Shown here: positions 8,935 to 20,500 of the stretch, one piece after another
How the letters are laid out: the number at the start of each line of letters is the position of its first letter
Numbering within the stretch: position 1 is the stretch's first letter
Source of the DNA: Candidatus Heimdallarchaeota archaeon
Lineage (GTDB): Archaea; Asgardarchaeota; Heimdallarchaeia; Heimdallarchaeales; Heimdallarchaeaceae
NCBI GenBank assembly: GCA_019057815.1
Contig: JAHLWR010000009.1
Location: 67,858 to 131,857 of the forward strand
Direction of reading: 5' to 3'
Length of the DNA: 64,000 nt
Translations under genes and position numbers: made by a program
The notes under the pieces: model-generated
What the model was told of the DNA's origin: nothing
The model's database searches: none
Seen by the model: only the letters and a program-made list of their open reading frames with translations

Positions 8935-9756
8935 ATGTCTTTAATGGAGAAGTACAATGCAATTATCTTTGCTGGACGTACGGAGAGAGACAATGTTTTA
9001 TGCGAGATGGAAAATGTTTCTAATAAAGGCTTCATTAAACTAGGAGACAAAATTTTTCTTGAAAGGATAGTTGAGGAATTTGTAAAATGTGAGGAAATAG
9101 GTGATATCTATATCAGTGGAATAGCAGAGGAAGATTGGGAAACTAATCTGCCTGTTACTTTTAGTGATGATCAAAGCTCCTTATTTAAAGAAGTACAAAA
9201 TGTTAATAAAAAATATATCACAAAAAAAGAAAATTTCTCTGAAATAGTTGTTCTACACTCTTGTGATGGCCCCCTAGTTACTGCAGAAATAATTTCAAGA
9301 CTTATAAAGAGATGCAAAGAAGCTTCAGGAGGAGAGCTTGATGGCTTCTTTTATTATTCTTTTATTAAGAATGAAGTTATGGAAAGAAAATTCCCTAATT
9401 CAAAAAGAACATATGCTAAATTTAAGGAATTTGAAGTTTGTGGGGGCGATGTAATAATAATTAATACAAGGAAAATGAGGGATTATCAGAATATTATTGA
9501 TAACCTTAATGAAAAAAGAAAAAGCGTTCTTGCACAAATAATTATTTTAAATCCATTTTTAATCATTCAATATCTACTAAAACGTCTTTCTATTTATAAA
9601 TTTATGAAATCTGTTAATAGAAGAATTTTCAAAGTTGAAAAAGGAGTTTACGCTGTTCTGAGCGATGATGCTGAAATAGCAATGGACGTGGATAAACCAC
9701 ATCAATTAGAAGAAGTAAGAAGGTATTATAATGAGAATAAGGATATATATGATTGA
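8935..9756 (+). CDS. MobA/CofC-like nucleotidyltransferase-fold protein with a degenerate glycine loop (paralog A)
   Basis: AIIFAGRTERD as beta1-loop, VVLHSCDGPL as the central strand and EVCGGDVIII are consistent with the GT-A/MobA-like NTP-transferase fold. The C-terminal IAMDVDKPHQLEEV is shared with the paralog. Confidence 0.5.
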   Translation: MSLMEKYNAIIFAGRTERDNVLCEMENVSNKGFIKLGDKIFLERIVEEFVKCEEIGDIYISGIAEEDWETNLPVTFSDDQSSLFKEVQNVNKKYITKKENFSEIVVLHSCDGPLVTAEIISRLIKRCKEASGGELDGFFYYSFIKNEVMERKFPNSKRTYAKFKEFEVCGGDVIIINTRKMRDYQNIIDNLNEKRKSVLAQIIILNPFLIIQYLLKRLSIYKFMKSVNRRIFKVEKGVYAVLSDDAEIAMDVDKPHQLEEVRRYYNENKDIYD

Positions 9757-9906
9757 AGATCTCTTTTGAGTTCCTCCAAGATTCCCTTCATTCATTAGAT
9801 GAAGACAGCAGAAGTCCTCTTCTTTTAAGCAAGGGTAATACATTAAACTACTAAAAACAATAATCATTTTCAAACAATCTTATATAGAACCTAATACTCA
9901 AAATTT

Positions 9907-10728
9907 ATGACGACTAAAATGATAAAATTAGATACAGTAGTTTTGTGTGGAAGAGCAAAAATAGATGATGAGCTCTTACTCTATATTAGAGAAAAAACAG
10001 GACAAAAAGAAGTTGACAATAAAGCATTGTTCGAAATAGCTGGCAAAAAAATTCTCCACTATATCGTTGATGTACTGAATGAAGCAGAAAATATAGGTAA
10101 CATATTCATAGCAGGACTTTCTAAAGAGGATATCGAATTCAACTACCCAGTGACTTATCTAGAATTATCTAAAGAAAGCTCTGTTATAGACAAAATATTC
10201 ACATGGGTACAAGAGAACCTTCTAAAAAGAGACAAACCTGAAACTCCAGTATTGGTTGTAAATGGAGATATCCCTACAATTTCAAAGGAAGGTATTAATT
10301 GGATAGCAAAAAAAGTTTCTGAAAGTACTGCTACCTTTCAATATACTGTTGTTGGACAAGAAGATATGGATAGGGTTTTTCCTGATTCTAGAAGATCATT
10401 TATTAAATTTAAAGATGGAGCTATATGCGGGGGAGATGTTGTAGGAATTGCACCAGTAGAAATAATAAAACATGCAGATACTATGCGAGAACTAGTTGGA
10501 AAGAGAAAATCATTCATTCGACAAGTGATTTTCGTTGCTCCCTTCAAAGTTTTGAAAATAATGTTAAGAAGAGCAACATTAGATGAAGCAGTTCATATAG
10601 CTGAAAAAGCTCTCAAAATGAGTGTCAACCTATTGAAAGTTCCTTATCCTGAAATAGCAATGGACATTGACAAACCGCACCAGTTTGATATTGTTGAAAA
10701 ACATCTGTCTCAAAAAAGAAGAACTTAA
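9907..10728 (+). CDS. MobA/CofC-like nucleotidyltransferase-fold protein (paralog B)
   Basis: Same length (273 aa) and colinear motifs (VVLCGRAKIDD, VLVVNGDIP, AICGGDVVGI, IAMDIDKPHQFDIV) as 8935-9756. Confidence 0.5.
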   Translation: MTTKMIKLDTVVLCGRAKIDDELLLYIREKTGQKEVDNKALFEIAGKKILHYIVDVLNEAENIGNIFIAGLSKEDIEFNYPVTYLELSKESSVIDKIFTWVQENLLKRDKPETPVLVVNGDIPTISKEGINWIAKKVSESTATFQYTVVGQEDMDRVFPDSRRSFIKFKDGAICGGDVVGIAPVEIIKHADTMRELVGKRKSFIRQVIFVAPFKVLKIMLRRATLDEAVHIAEKALKMSVNLLKVPYPEIAMDIDKPHQFDIVEKHLSQKRRT

Positions 10729-10740
10729 AAACAGTTTCAG

Positions 10741-11319
10741 GTGAAGAATTTAATGCCAGAATTAATCAATAAGATAGCTAATTGGGACGAGAAAGTTTCA
10801 AAAAAGATAGTCCTATTTTCGGAGAAAAAACTGAAATTTGCTAGCTTTATTGCTTTATCAGGCAATGTACAACCTTGGTTAATAGTGTCTATTTTATTCC
10901 TTATTTTCAATCTATTTATTGATAGATCCTTCAATTTAGTTCAAATAGCATTCACTTTCTGTACTGGAATATTAACTTCTATTTGTAAATATTCAGTAAA
11001 GAGGGATAGACCAAGTGTAACCATCGCTAAAAAATATGTAGGAAAAGGTGATTTCTTCAGTTTTCCAAGTGGACATGCGGGAAGAATGGGATGTTTAGCT
11101 CTTCTATTTGCAGTGAAGTACCCATTTATTGGTTGGGTTTTTGTACTATGGGCTATAGGAGTAGCATTTTCGAGGGTTGCTCTACAATTACATTATTTCC
11201 TAGATGTACTTATTGGACTTTTAATAGGATGTTTTTCTGCAATTATAGCTTTTATCTTTTATAGTCAGATTGTGAATCTTCTTTCACCAATAATTGAATG
11301 GATGAACAGTTTAATTTAG
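10741..11319 (+). CDS. PAP2-family membrane phosphatase
   Basis: All three PAP2 motifs are present: KYSVKRDRP, PSGH, SRVALQLHYFLD. Multiple TM helices. Confidence 0.85.
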   Translation: MKNLMPELINKIANWDEKVSKKIVLFSEKKLKFASFIALSGNVQPWLIVSILFLIFNLFIDRSFNLVQIAFTFCTGILTSICKYSVKRDRPSVTIAKKYVGKGDFFSFPSGHAGRMGCLALLFAVKYPFIGWVFVLWAIGVAFSRVALQLHYFLDVLIGLLIGCFSAIIAFIFYSQIVNLLSPIIEWMNSLI

Positions 11320-11394
11320 ATATACAATCAACTAGCAAAAGTCAACTTTTACAAATCGCAGTACGATTCTGAGGTTATAAGTTAATGTTCTATT

Positions 11395-12405
11395 ATGTTT
11401 AGAATGTCTAAAAGAGCTGAACTTCTACCACTCAAAGGAAAAGGAGTTCTAGTTTGTTTCGTTAAATATATAATACATTTAGGCATAATTAAAAACGTGA
11501 GTATAAAAAAAGAATTTACCCCTGAAGATCTTGAAGAGCTTTTAATTTATGACCCATATGAATCGGAGAGACAGCTCGTTAAAATTAAAACAGATAAACA
11601 CGAATATGAAATCAGTGTTGTAGACCTCAATAAAAAACCAAAATACAATTGTACTCTAATATTGGTACACGGTTGGGGCTCAAATCTGCTTAATTATAGA
11701 TTTTTGCTCAAAAATTTACAAGCATATTTTCGAATTATTACTTATGATTTGAGAGGTCACGGTGAGTCAGATAAAAAAGAAAGTGATTATGGTTTACAAT
11801 TGTATACTAATGAATTATCTTGTGTGATAGATCACTTCAAACCTAATAATATTGTATTAATGGGTCATTCAATGGGTACAAGCATTGTCATGAATTATCT
11901 CTATTTACATCCTGAGATTAAAGCAGCAATATTAACTTCAGGTTCATCGAATTTTAGAGAACCTTTCCCTCGTATTGTTCCCTTAGTTATGTCTAAGATT
12001 GATGAGAAACTCAAAGACCATTTAGTTGAAATCGCTGTTTCAATGTTGATGACTAGAGGTTGTCCAAAGGAACTCTTAAACATAGTTAGGGAACAAAATA
12101 AAAGAACGCCTTTTCATGTTTATAGAAAAGCTTTGCTTAACACTATTTTCACTTGGGAAAAAGATGAAGATTTGAATAAAATAAGAAATCCTATTCTAAT
12201 TTTGGTAGGAAATAAGGATTTATTAACGCCTGTAAAAGATTCTAAAAAACTTAATGAAATACTTCCAAAGTCAAGGTTAGTAATTATTCCTGGTTGTGGG
12301 CACGGTATTTTAATGGAAAAAGGCAAAGCAGTATCGAATCTTGTTAAAGAGTTTATAGAATACCAGATTGAACTTGAAGGAATAGACTCGAATTCGAAGG
12401 TTTAA
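11395..12405 (+). CDS. Alpha/beta-fold hydrolase
   Basis: HGWGSN oxyanion region, GHSMG nucleophile elbow, and C-terminal GCGHG with the catalytic His. Confidence 0.85.
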   Translation: MFRMSKRAELLPLKGKGVLVCFVKYIIHLGIIKNVSIKKEFTPEDLEELLIYDPYESERQLVKIKTDKHEYEISVVDLNKKPKYNCTLILVHGWGSNLLNYRFLLKNLQAYFRIITYDLRGHGESDKKESDYGLQLYTNELSCVIDHFKPNNIVLMGHSMGTSIVMNYLYLHPEIKAAILTSGSSNFREPFPRIVPLVMSKIDEKLKDHLVEIAVSMLMTRGCPKELLNIVREQNKRTPFHVYRKALLNTIFTWEKDEDLNKIRNPILILVGNKDLLTPVKDSKKLNEILPKSRLVIIPGCGHGILMEKGKAVSNLVKEFIEYQIELEGIDSNSKV

Positions 12406-12484
12406 AGACATAAAACATGCGTTAAGAAGGAAAATGATAAAATATTCACATATATTTATATAGAAAAAAGATTGAACAAACAAT

Positions 12485-13930
12485 ATGGAGAGTTTTCCTT
12501 ATGAACTTGTTGAAAAGACTATCGAGTATGGTCAAGACCTAGGATTACCTTACATCGAAGCTAGACTTGTTGATTTGAGCATTAATTCAACCATTTTAAA
12601 AAACGGGGTTCCTGAACTTGGATCCCTTGATAGAAGTTTAGGAATAGGAGTTAGGGTTTTACGCGAAGGTGGAATGGGTTTTTCAAGTTTCAATAATCTT
12701 ACTCTCGATTCCATGAAAAAGGCTGTAGACTTTGCGGCTAAAATGGCTGGGGAAATAGGATGGAGAAGGAAAACAAAGATAAGTTTCAGCGACGAGAATG
12801 TTAATGTTGCTAAATACAGCTCAAAAGGTGACCAAAATAAAAGACCCTTAGACGTTGAACCTGAAGAAAAATTAGACTTGCTTTTAAACTTTGATAAAAT
12901 TATTACAGAAGTAAAAACTGCATCTATTCCTTTCAGATTTTTCATGTCTTTAGACGAAACGGAAAAAAAATTCATCTTAACTAGTGAAGGTACAAAAATA
13001 GAGAGTGAGATAGATAGAGTACATCTTTATGGTTTAATAACAGCTGTTAATTCAACTACAGGTAACATGGAACAAGTTTTCTTGCAAAAAGGGAAATCGG
13101 GTGGTTATGAGTCTTACGACTACTGGAAAATGGAAGACTATATAGAAAATCAAGTAAAAATCTTAAGTAAAATTGTAACTGAAGCCAAACCTGCTCCTAA
13201 AGGAAAAATAGATTATGTTCTTGGACCTTCCATGATCGGAATTGTGTGTCATGAAAATCAAGGTCATCCTAGTGAAGCTGATAGAATATTAGGTCGAGAG
13301 GGTGCACAAGCTGGTGAAAGTTATTTAAAACATGAAATGCTAGGACAAAGACTAGGTTCAGAAGCTGTTACTATAATTGATGATCCAACCCTTGAAGGTT
13401 CCTTTGGTTTCTATCTTTATGATGATGAAGGAGTAAAATCAAAACCTCGCTTCCTTCTGAAAAATGGACTCTTTAAGGATATGTTTCATAACAGAGAATC
13501 AGCTGCTTTTATGAATACATCAAGTACATCTGCAGCAAGAGCAATAGGCTATAATAGAGAGCCTATTGCACGGATGGCTAATACTTATCTTGAACCTGGC
13601 GATTATTCGAAGGAAGAGCTTATAGAAGATATCAAACTTGGAGCACTTGTGATTAATTTTACTGAATGGAATATTGACGATCGAAGATATCATTCTAAAT
13701 ATGTTGGTTTGGAGGCTTATCTAATAGAAAATGGGGAAGTCAAAAACCTAGTTCGACGACCAGTTATCGAAGTAACTACGCCTAAGCTCTGGGGTTCAGT
13801 AGATGCTGTTGCTAAAGAGAGTTATTTAGAGTTTGATGGAGTAATGTGTGGCAAAGGTGAGCCTACCCAAGGAGCTCCTGTTTATTGTGGAGGTACTTAT
13901 ATGAGAATGCGCGATGTGGAGGTAAGGTGA
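12485..13930 (+). CDS. tldD: TldD metalloprotease (peptidase U62)
   Basis: CHENQGHPSEAD has the HExxxGH motif. Length and the adjacent PmbA partner fit. Confidence 0.85.
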   Translation: MESFPYELVEKTIEYGQDLGLPYIEARLVDLSINSTILKNGVPELGSLDRSLGIGVRVLREGGMGFSSFNNLTLDSMKKAVDFAAKMAGEIGWRRKTKISFSDENVNVAKYSSKGDQNKRPLDVEPEEKLDLLLNFDKIITEVKTASIPFRFFMSLDETEKKFILTSEGTKIESEIDRVHLYGLITAVNSTTGNMEQVFLQKGKSGGYESYDYWKMEDYIENQVKILSKIVTEAKPAPKGKIDYVLGPSMIGIVCHENQGHPSEADRILGREGAQAGESYLKHEMLGQRLGSEAVTIIDDPTLEGSFGFYLYDDEGVKSKPRFLLKNGLFKDMFHNRESAAFMNTSSTSAARAIGYNREPIARMANTYLEPGDYSKEELIEDIKLGALVINFTEWNIDDRRYHSKYVGLEAYLIENGEVKNLVRRPVIEVTTPKLWGSVDAVAKESYLEFDGVMCGKGEPTQGAPVYCGGTYMRMRDVEVR

Positions 13931-13936
13931 GAACTG

Positions 13937-15289
13937 ATGGAAGGATTTTTAGAACCGTTTCCGATTATAGAAAATGTTATTCAAAAGCTAGTTTCCTTAA
14001 AATTTGATGATTATATAGTTTCTTTTGTAAAAGACGACAGTTCACAACTACGTTTCGCAGATAATCAGTTCACTATTGCAAAGAATTGGACTTCGGCTAC
14101 TCTCAAAATTTTCGGTGTAAAACAACAGAAAACAGTAAGTACAGAAATCAATAATTTAACAACTGATGTTATTGATAATACTTTAGAAAACTTAGGAAAA
14201 TTAGCAATTGCACTGCCTATAAATGATAACTATTTGGGAATTTCTGAAGGACCTTTCAGCTACCCAACTATTGAACAACTTATTGATCCTAAATATGATG
14301 ATTTTCATAGCAAAGCCGTGGACAATGTAGAATTAGCAATTAATACAGCGCTTGAAGAAGGAGCAAAAAGATCCGCAGGAGTGTTGTATTGGAGGAAGAT
14401 AGAAGAAATTTTCCTATCCTCAAAAGGAGCAACAACCCAACATAGCAAGACTAGCTATGAGTTTACTATTAGATCTTTCTTAGATAGCCAAACATCAGGA
14501 CAAGGAGTCTCAGTAGGTTGTATTTCTGACTCTATCAATTTTGAAAAAGCTGGAAGACAAGCAGGGGAAATAGCTAAATTATCTGAAGGTGGAGGAGAAG
14601 GAAAACCAGGTAAATATAATGTGATTTTAAGTCCAACTGTTGCAGCGGATATAATAGCAGCTACTCCCAGATCAGCAAACCCATTTAGCGTAGAAATAGG
14701 TTTTTCATGGTTGAAAGACAAAATAGGAGAAAAAATTGGTCCTGAAAATTTAACTGTTTATGATGACGCTCTATTACCTAATGGACTAGGTTCAAAACCT
14801 TTTGATGATGAAGGACATCCAACTGGTAGGAATGTTTTAATCGAGGAAGGAATACTCAAAGGATTCATCCACAATACCTCAACAGCTAAAAAAGCTAATA
14901 CTATGAGCACAGGAAATGCAGGTTTAGTAAGTCCTGAAAATTCAAACATCTTCTTTGAACCAGGAAATCATACTTTAGACGAACTTATGGAACTATCAAA
15001 AGGTAAACCTACTCTTTATATTACAAGTAATTGGTATACTAGGTTTACAAGTTATATAGACGGAATATTCTCTACTATACCTCGAGATGGGATATTCTTG
15101 ATTGAAAACGGAGAAATAGCTAAACCTGTCAGGGAACTACGAATAAGTGATTCCATGCTAAATATTTTTAAGAATATCAAAATGTTAGGAAAAGATTTAA
15201 CCCAAATTAAATGGTGGGAAGTCTATGTACCTACTTTCATCCCTAGCATACTTATAGAAGATGTTAACATAACTTCAGCAACCAACTGA
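13937..15289 (+). CDS. pmbA: PmbA/TldE metalloprotease partner (peptidase U62)
   Basis: A U62-family paralog immediately downstream of tldD, with the Gly-rich C-terminal region. Confidence 0.8.
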   Translation: MEGFLEPFPIIENVIQKLVSLKFDDYIVSFVKDDSSQLRFADNQFTIAKNWTSATLKIFGVKQQKTVSTEINNLTTDVIDNTLENLGKLAIALPINDNYLGISEGPFSYPTIEQLIDPKYDDFHSKAVDNVELAINTALEEGAKRSAGVLYWRKIEEIFLSSKGATTQHSKTSYEFTIRSFLDSQTSGQGVSVGCISDSINFEKAGRQAGEIAKLSEGGGEGKPGKYNVILSPTVAADIIAATPRSANPFSVEIGFSWLKDKIGEKIGPENLTVYDDALLPNGLGSKPFDDEGHPTGRNVLIEEGILKGFIHNTSTAKKANTMSTGNAGLVSPENSNIFFEPGNHTLDELMELSKGKPTLYITSNWYTRFTSYIDGIFSTIPRDGIFLIENGEIAKPVRELRISDSMLNIFKNIKMLGKDLTQIKWWEVYVPTFIPSILIEDVNITSATN

Positions 15290-15363
15290 CAATAGTCTCT
15301 GAATATCCTTACCTTACTAGCAATGTTTTTAATTGGAATTCTATTAGAGATATCAGTGATTTT

Positions 15364-16332
15364 ATGTCGTTCACTCTTGAAAAGAAACATGTTGTTTTAA
15401 TAACAAAGATAGGTATCGCAGTTTTCTATGGCTTATACTTATTAGCCATGATTCTAGGTTTGTTCTTAAACACCGCTTATACAGCTTTTACAAGTAGTTT
15501 TTACTCTTTACAAGCTAATGCATTCGGAGCAGCTTGGTCTTACTTCCATCTGTTCTCGCTAGTTGCAATGCTCGGATTATTAACAATCTACATAATTTAT
15601 TTGATTACGGGTAATAAAACAGCACAACTGAAAACTATAGCGATATATTTCTTTGGAGCTTATCTCACTTTTGCTGGTATGTCAATGTTTGCTCTAGGTA
15701 TATTCGCTGGAATTCAATTCGACTTTTTAATTCTTGCTACAATGCTTTTCGGAATATCGTTATGGTTAACAACCTTACTTGAAAAAACTGATGTAATATC
15801 AAAAGAAAATAGTAAACTGTTTAAAGCTCTTGGATCGTTGTTGTATTTTGTAGGAATCACAATTTCAAATCAGAGGATAATGTTCTCAGCTAATGCTGAA
15901 CCAACATCAATACTATATGGAATTCAGAAGGGATTTATAAGTCAAAAATTCTTCTATCCTACATTACCTGATTGGATATTCGGAGGATTGATTTGGTTGT
16001 TTGTGTCTTTATACCTTGGAGCAGAATATCTTAACTCAAAAGGTATAATAACGACTACTGAAAAAACCAAAACTATTTTGAAAAGCACAATATTTTCGGT
16101 TTTCACTTTAGAATTACTACTATTCAGCATATTCTTTATTTTCTTCGGAAGTATGCAGGGAGTATGTGTTATTCTAATGTTTGTTGGAAGTATGTTCGGT
16201 CTTCTTACATCTATAGGTTTAATATTCTTGCTTTTAGATAAATGGGGATTGATTCCAACTCCAGGAAAGCCTAAAGAAACTCCTCTACCTGAAGAACCAA
16301 CAGAAGAACCGCTAACACTACAACAAGAATAA
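15364..16332 (+). CDS. Polytopic membrane protein of unknown function with a Pro/Glu-rich C-terminal tail
   Basis: About 8 hydrophobic helices; no motif recognised. Confidence 0.55.
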   Translation: MSFTLEKKHVVLITKIGIAVFYGLYLLAMILGLFLNTAYTAFTSSFYSLQANAFGAAWSYFHLFSLVAMLGLLTIYIIYLITGNKTAQLKTIAIYFFGAYLTFAGMSMFALGIFAGIQFDFLILATMLFGISLWLTTLLEKTDVISKENSKLFKALGSLLYFVGITISNQRIMFSANAEPTSILYGIQKGFISQKFFYPTLPDWIFGGLIWLFVSLYLGAEYLNSKGIITTTEKTKTILKSTIFSVFTLELLLFSIFFIFFGSMQGVCVILMFVGSMFGLLTSIGLIFLLLDKWGLIPTPGKPKETPLPEEPTEEPLTLQQE

Positions 16333-16340
16333 ACTCAATC

Positions 16341-16374
16341 TCTTTTTCTTTTTCTTTTTTTCTTTTATTTTTTA
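16341..16374 (+). terminator. Oligo-T/pyrimidine tract, putative archaeal intrinsic terminator at a convergent gene junction
   Basis: A 34-nt C/T run (CTTTTTCTTTTTCTTTTTTTCTTTTATTTTTT) directly after the stop at 16330-16332. Confidence 0.3.
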
Positions 16375-16501
16375 CTTAAAACTTAATGCTTCATACTGGT
16401 CGAAATCTAGAAATTTGAGGAAAATTAACGTAGGACTAATTTATACAAAAATATGGGAAGAGGACACTTCGATCGTATTCTGAAAGAACAACCCATATAT
16501 T

Positions 16502-17449
16502 TCATTTTGTAACTTTGTTCAGTTTTAAGTTTTGCATCTTATTATTACGATTAGAAGCACCTTTTTCTCCTAATATTGCAAGAATTACTGTACCAATTAT
16601 AATAATGAATATTCCTAGTGAAATCAATATTTCAGATACTGTGTCTATAGTTTCCCACTCTCTTAAAACAATAACACCGTATAAAACAGGAAGTATTCTT
16701 AAAACTGAGTTATAGGTTGGAATAGCTATTACAGCTTTACATCTCTGATATGATAATTGATTAAAAATGGTTGATGCACCGCTTAAAAATATGAATATAA
16801 TAATTAAGATCCACATGCTCCAATCTTTGAATATTGTATATTCTTGGGATCTGATGATTACACTTGCTCCATTCAAAATAATTACCGCTACACCTATAGT
16901 TGTACCAGCTACAACACTATAGGCAACACCCACATATTGTTTTATCCATAAGATGAATGTTATCAATAAAATAACACTTAGAGCAATTGATACTAATAAT
17001 ATTATAACAGATGGTGTAGAAACAAATAAGTTCCAAAATTCGTTGAAATCACTTTGTGTACTTGTCTCAAGAGAAAAATAACCTGCTATTACTACACCTA
17101 TAGCAATTGTAATTAAAGCTGCTCCTTCCTTAATGTTTATCTTCTCTTTCACAATGAATCTAGAGAATATAGCTATGAATATTATAGAAGTTCCTCCAAG
17201 ACTAGATATTAGTGATATGCTCCCCCACGAATATGCTAGAGCAGTTATAGGAACTGCGAGAATAGTCAACATAACACCTAATATCCAAAGAGGTTTAGTT
17301 AAAAAATTCTTTAAATTTGGAATTATTGACGTTTTTTCAATAGACGGAAGAGATTCACTTACTTTTTTCTGAAGGACATATCCTAGCGAAATGATAATAT
17401 TACCTAATAGTGCAAGAGGAATAGCAAATATAGCAACATTGTCAGCCAC
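16502..17449 (-). CDS. Polytopic membrane protein, possibly DMT/EamA-like transporter
   Basis: About 10 TM helices with internal duplication; weak family evidence. Confidence 0.45.
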   Translation of the reverse strand: MADNVAIFAIPLALLGNIIISLGYVLQKKVSESLPSIEKTSIIPNLKNFLTKPLWILGVMLTILAVPITALAYSWGSISLISSLGGTSIIFIAIFSRFIVKEKINIKEGAALITIAIGVVIAGYFSLETSTQSDFNEFWNLFVSTPSVIILLVSIALSVILLITFILWIKQYVGVAYSVVAGTTIGVAVIILNGASVIIRSQEYTIFKDWSMWILIIIFIFLSGASTIFNQLSYQRCKAVIAIPTYNSVLRILPVLYGVIVLREWETIDTVSEILISLGIFIIIIGTVILAILGEKGASNRNNKMQNLKLNKVTK

Positions 17450-17553
17450 AGAAAAGTTAAAGATTTTCTGATTTATAATCCCTTTGGCAAATAGATTTTA
17501 CAAACAAATCTGTTGTTTTGGTAGGACACTAATAAAATTCTTGAGTATTAAGT

Positions 17554-20500
17554 TCAAGTCTTTCTTTTTATTCTTCTTCTTTTTATCTGCTCTATATTAG
17601 CGTGAATTAATCTTTTCATATTTGGAGTAATTGCTGAGATATCTGAATCAAATACAATAAAAGGGGTTTTATTTTTCATGTAAATTGGTTTGAGTATAGC
17701 TTGTGAAATCTTATAAGGTAAACAATTAATTGGTCCTGTCAATATTAAAGAATCGTAATTAGATTCTTCTAGAATTTCCATACCCTTTCCAATTGTTGGA
17801 ATAGCTTCACCGAATATTAGAAGGCTGATTAAGGGTTTTGAATGTTTAATTATTAATTTTAAGCTATTACGGTCTTCAAGCAATAATCCAGTTTTTTTAT
17901 ACTTCTTTCTTTGTTTCTTTTCAGCTATATACATTATAACAGGTCCAATCTTACTAATAAAAAACAATTGAGCGTTTCTGGTCCAGAATGTAGATAAAGC
18001 TTTAAGAGCTGTTGAAAATTTATATGGATCTCTTTTCCAATTATGAGCAGCTACATGAGCAAGATGGAAACTACTGTATAAAGTAAGCTCAAACATATCT
18101 GACGATTTAACTATAATACCATGCTTGGTATAAATTTCTCTTAGTTCTCGCAGAAAGAAAGGACTAAAACGAACAAAGAAATCACCACTTATAAGCACTT
18201 TTGGATGCGTTTCTGGAGAACCTTTACGCGGTATTGTTGCTATGCGTTCGATGAGTTTTTCAACATTTTTGTCATAATCCTTCAGAACTTTTGTGGTAAC
18301 TAAGAACTCAGACCAGTACTTATGTAAAAGGTTTAGACTCTCTTTCTCACCAACTACATGTAATGAGCTTTCTATCTCACTCATAATGTCAGCTAGTAAA
18401 ACAATCTTGGGATTATAACGAGCTATCTTTAAGAGACCTACACCCAAGAAATTTGTCAATTGATCAAATCTAAAAATGAAGAGATTTTCTATTTTGTTAT
18501 CTTCAATAAATTGCTCCAAATAATGAATATAGCTGAATACAGCACATGGGGAACCTCCTGACATCATGTAAAATCCGAGTACATCTTCTGGATTTTTTCT
18601 GTTTTCCACTATTGTAAGAATGTTTCCGAGAACTATGGGTAAAGGTAAGCATTCTTTTCCTGAACAGTATCTTAGACCTTTAATTGGATATTCCAATTTG
18701 ATATCTGTAGCGTTTCCTACATTGAAACCGTATAGTTCGAATCCTTTGGTGAATGCAGCTGTATGATACTTAGAAAAACCTGGCATGAAGAGTTTAACTC
18801 GTGAATCTCGAATATCAAGCCTCGTACCATCAGAAGTGATAACTTCTATTTTTCCATTTGTTTTTTCAACTCTAGAGATTTGGAATGGTTTTGTTTCTTT
18901 TTTTTCAGTTAATTTTTGAAAATTATCGATTATTTCTAGAAAGGCTTCAAGACGTGTTTGAGTACCAGCATCAGCTGTATGAGAATCAAGCTCTAGAAGT
19001 AAGAAAGGTTTAGAACTCATCTCACTTTTGACGTAATTTTGGATGAAAGCGTCAATTGTACAACTAAAGCTGTTAATATATAATAAGAAGAGGTTATCAT
19101 TATTTTTTGCTAGATCTATTGCAACTTTAGCATAATTAGCAAAATACCAAGGAATATCATCTACTTCATATTTATCAAGAAAATCAAAAGGTATTACTGT
19201 AACACCCATACTTGCCAGTTTTTTTGGAATCAATTGTGACGTTTCTGCTGGAAAAACATTGTAACTTCTACCAACCAATAGAATAGCTATTTCTTTAGAT
19301 TCTTTTAATCTCTGTAATACCTCTTTTCCCAATTGTAGGAATTTATCTTCAACTTCCTTCTGTACCACTACAGCTTTTTCATATGCTTCTTCAACTAAAT
19401 TCTTTGACTGTTTCAATTCCTTAACAGCCATTTTCACTAATGCTTCATCGCTCTCATACCCCTTAGAATAATCAAGTACAGGATTTAAGAATCGCGTATC
19501 ACTAAAAGCTCTAGAAATGATATATGGACTAGCTTGAGTTATTGGGCAGAAAGTTGAATCAAACCACTTTTCACCTTTCGTTAATTTATGAACGTGAGGT
19601 AAGAAAATTGTTGGTATTTCCTTCTTGATTAAATCAAATACAGCTCCGTGCAATATCTGTACGGGATAGCAAAATGAAGCGTTTGTTAAATTTTCTTTGT
19701 TCTCATCTATATCTGATAGAATGACCTCGTAACCTAATTCTTCAAAAAACGTAGAAAATAAAGGAAATAAACTATGAGTGAGTAAAGCTCTAGGAATACC
19801 TATTTTTCCTTTGATTTGTTTTGATCTTGTCTTTCTCTTATCTTTTCTAGCAAAAATTAGTTCATTTCTTTGGTCAACAAGATTTTCCTTTTCTTTTATT
19901 TTCTCGGATCCTTTCCATTGATGTTCATATCTAGAACATCGACCTCCAAATGGAAACTGACGACCACCTACTTCATATCTTTCAATTTTACAATAGTTTT
20001 TACATGATTTGCATATAAAACTCCCAAGATGCTTCAATTCTTCTTTAACTAGTGATTCAAGACACGTTTTTTTTGGCATTTCTTTTATTTCATACTGTGC
20101 GTTCTTTGCTTTCGCTATAAGAGCTATACCAAATGCACCAATTAATTCTGGGTTAGGTGGTATGATTATTTGTTTTCCTGTCGTTTGGGCAAAAGCATAA
20201 CCTACAGAGTTATTTTTAGCAACTCCTCCTTGAAAGAAAATTTTCTTACCTACTGATCTAGAACCTTTCACTTTATTCAAGTAGTTTTCAGCAATTGAGT
20301 AAACTAATCCTCCAATTATATTTTCATGACCATATCCTTCTTGCAACGCCGTACGAACATCAGTATTGATAAAGGCTGCACAATCAGCTTTGAATCTAAC
20401 AGGATCATTTGCTTCCATTGCAATTTGAGAGAGATCAGAAATATCAATGCCTAGATCACCTTTGGAGCTTTCTTCTAGAAAAGAACCTGTTCCTGCAGAG

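Noticed and set aside
10737-10934. 65-aa minus-strand ORF overlapping the start of the PAP2 gene
   Set aside because: It overlaps a motif-rich PAP2 CDS on the opposite strand and has no support.
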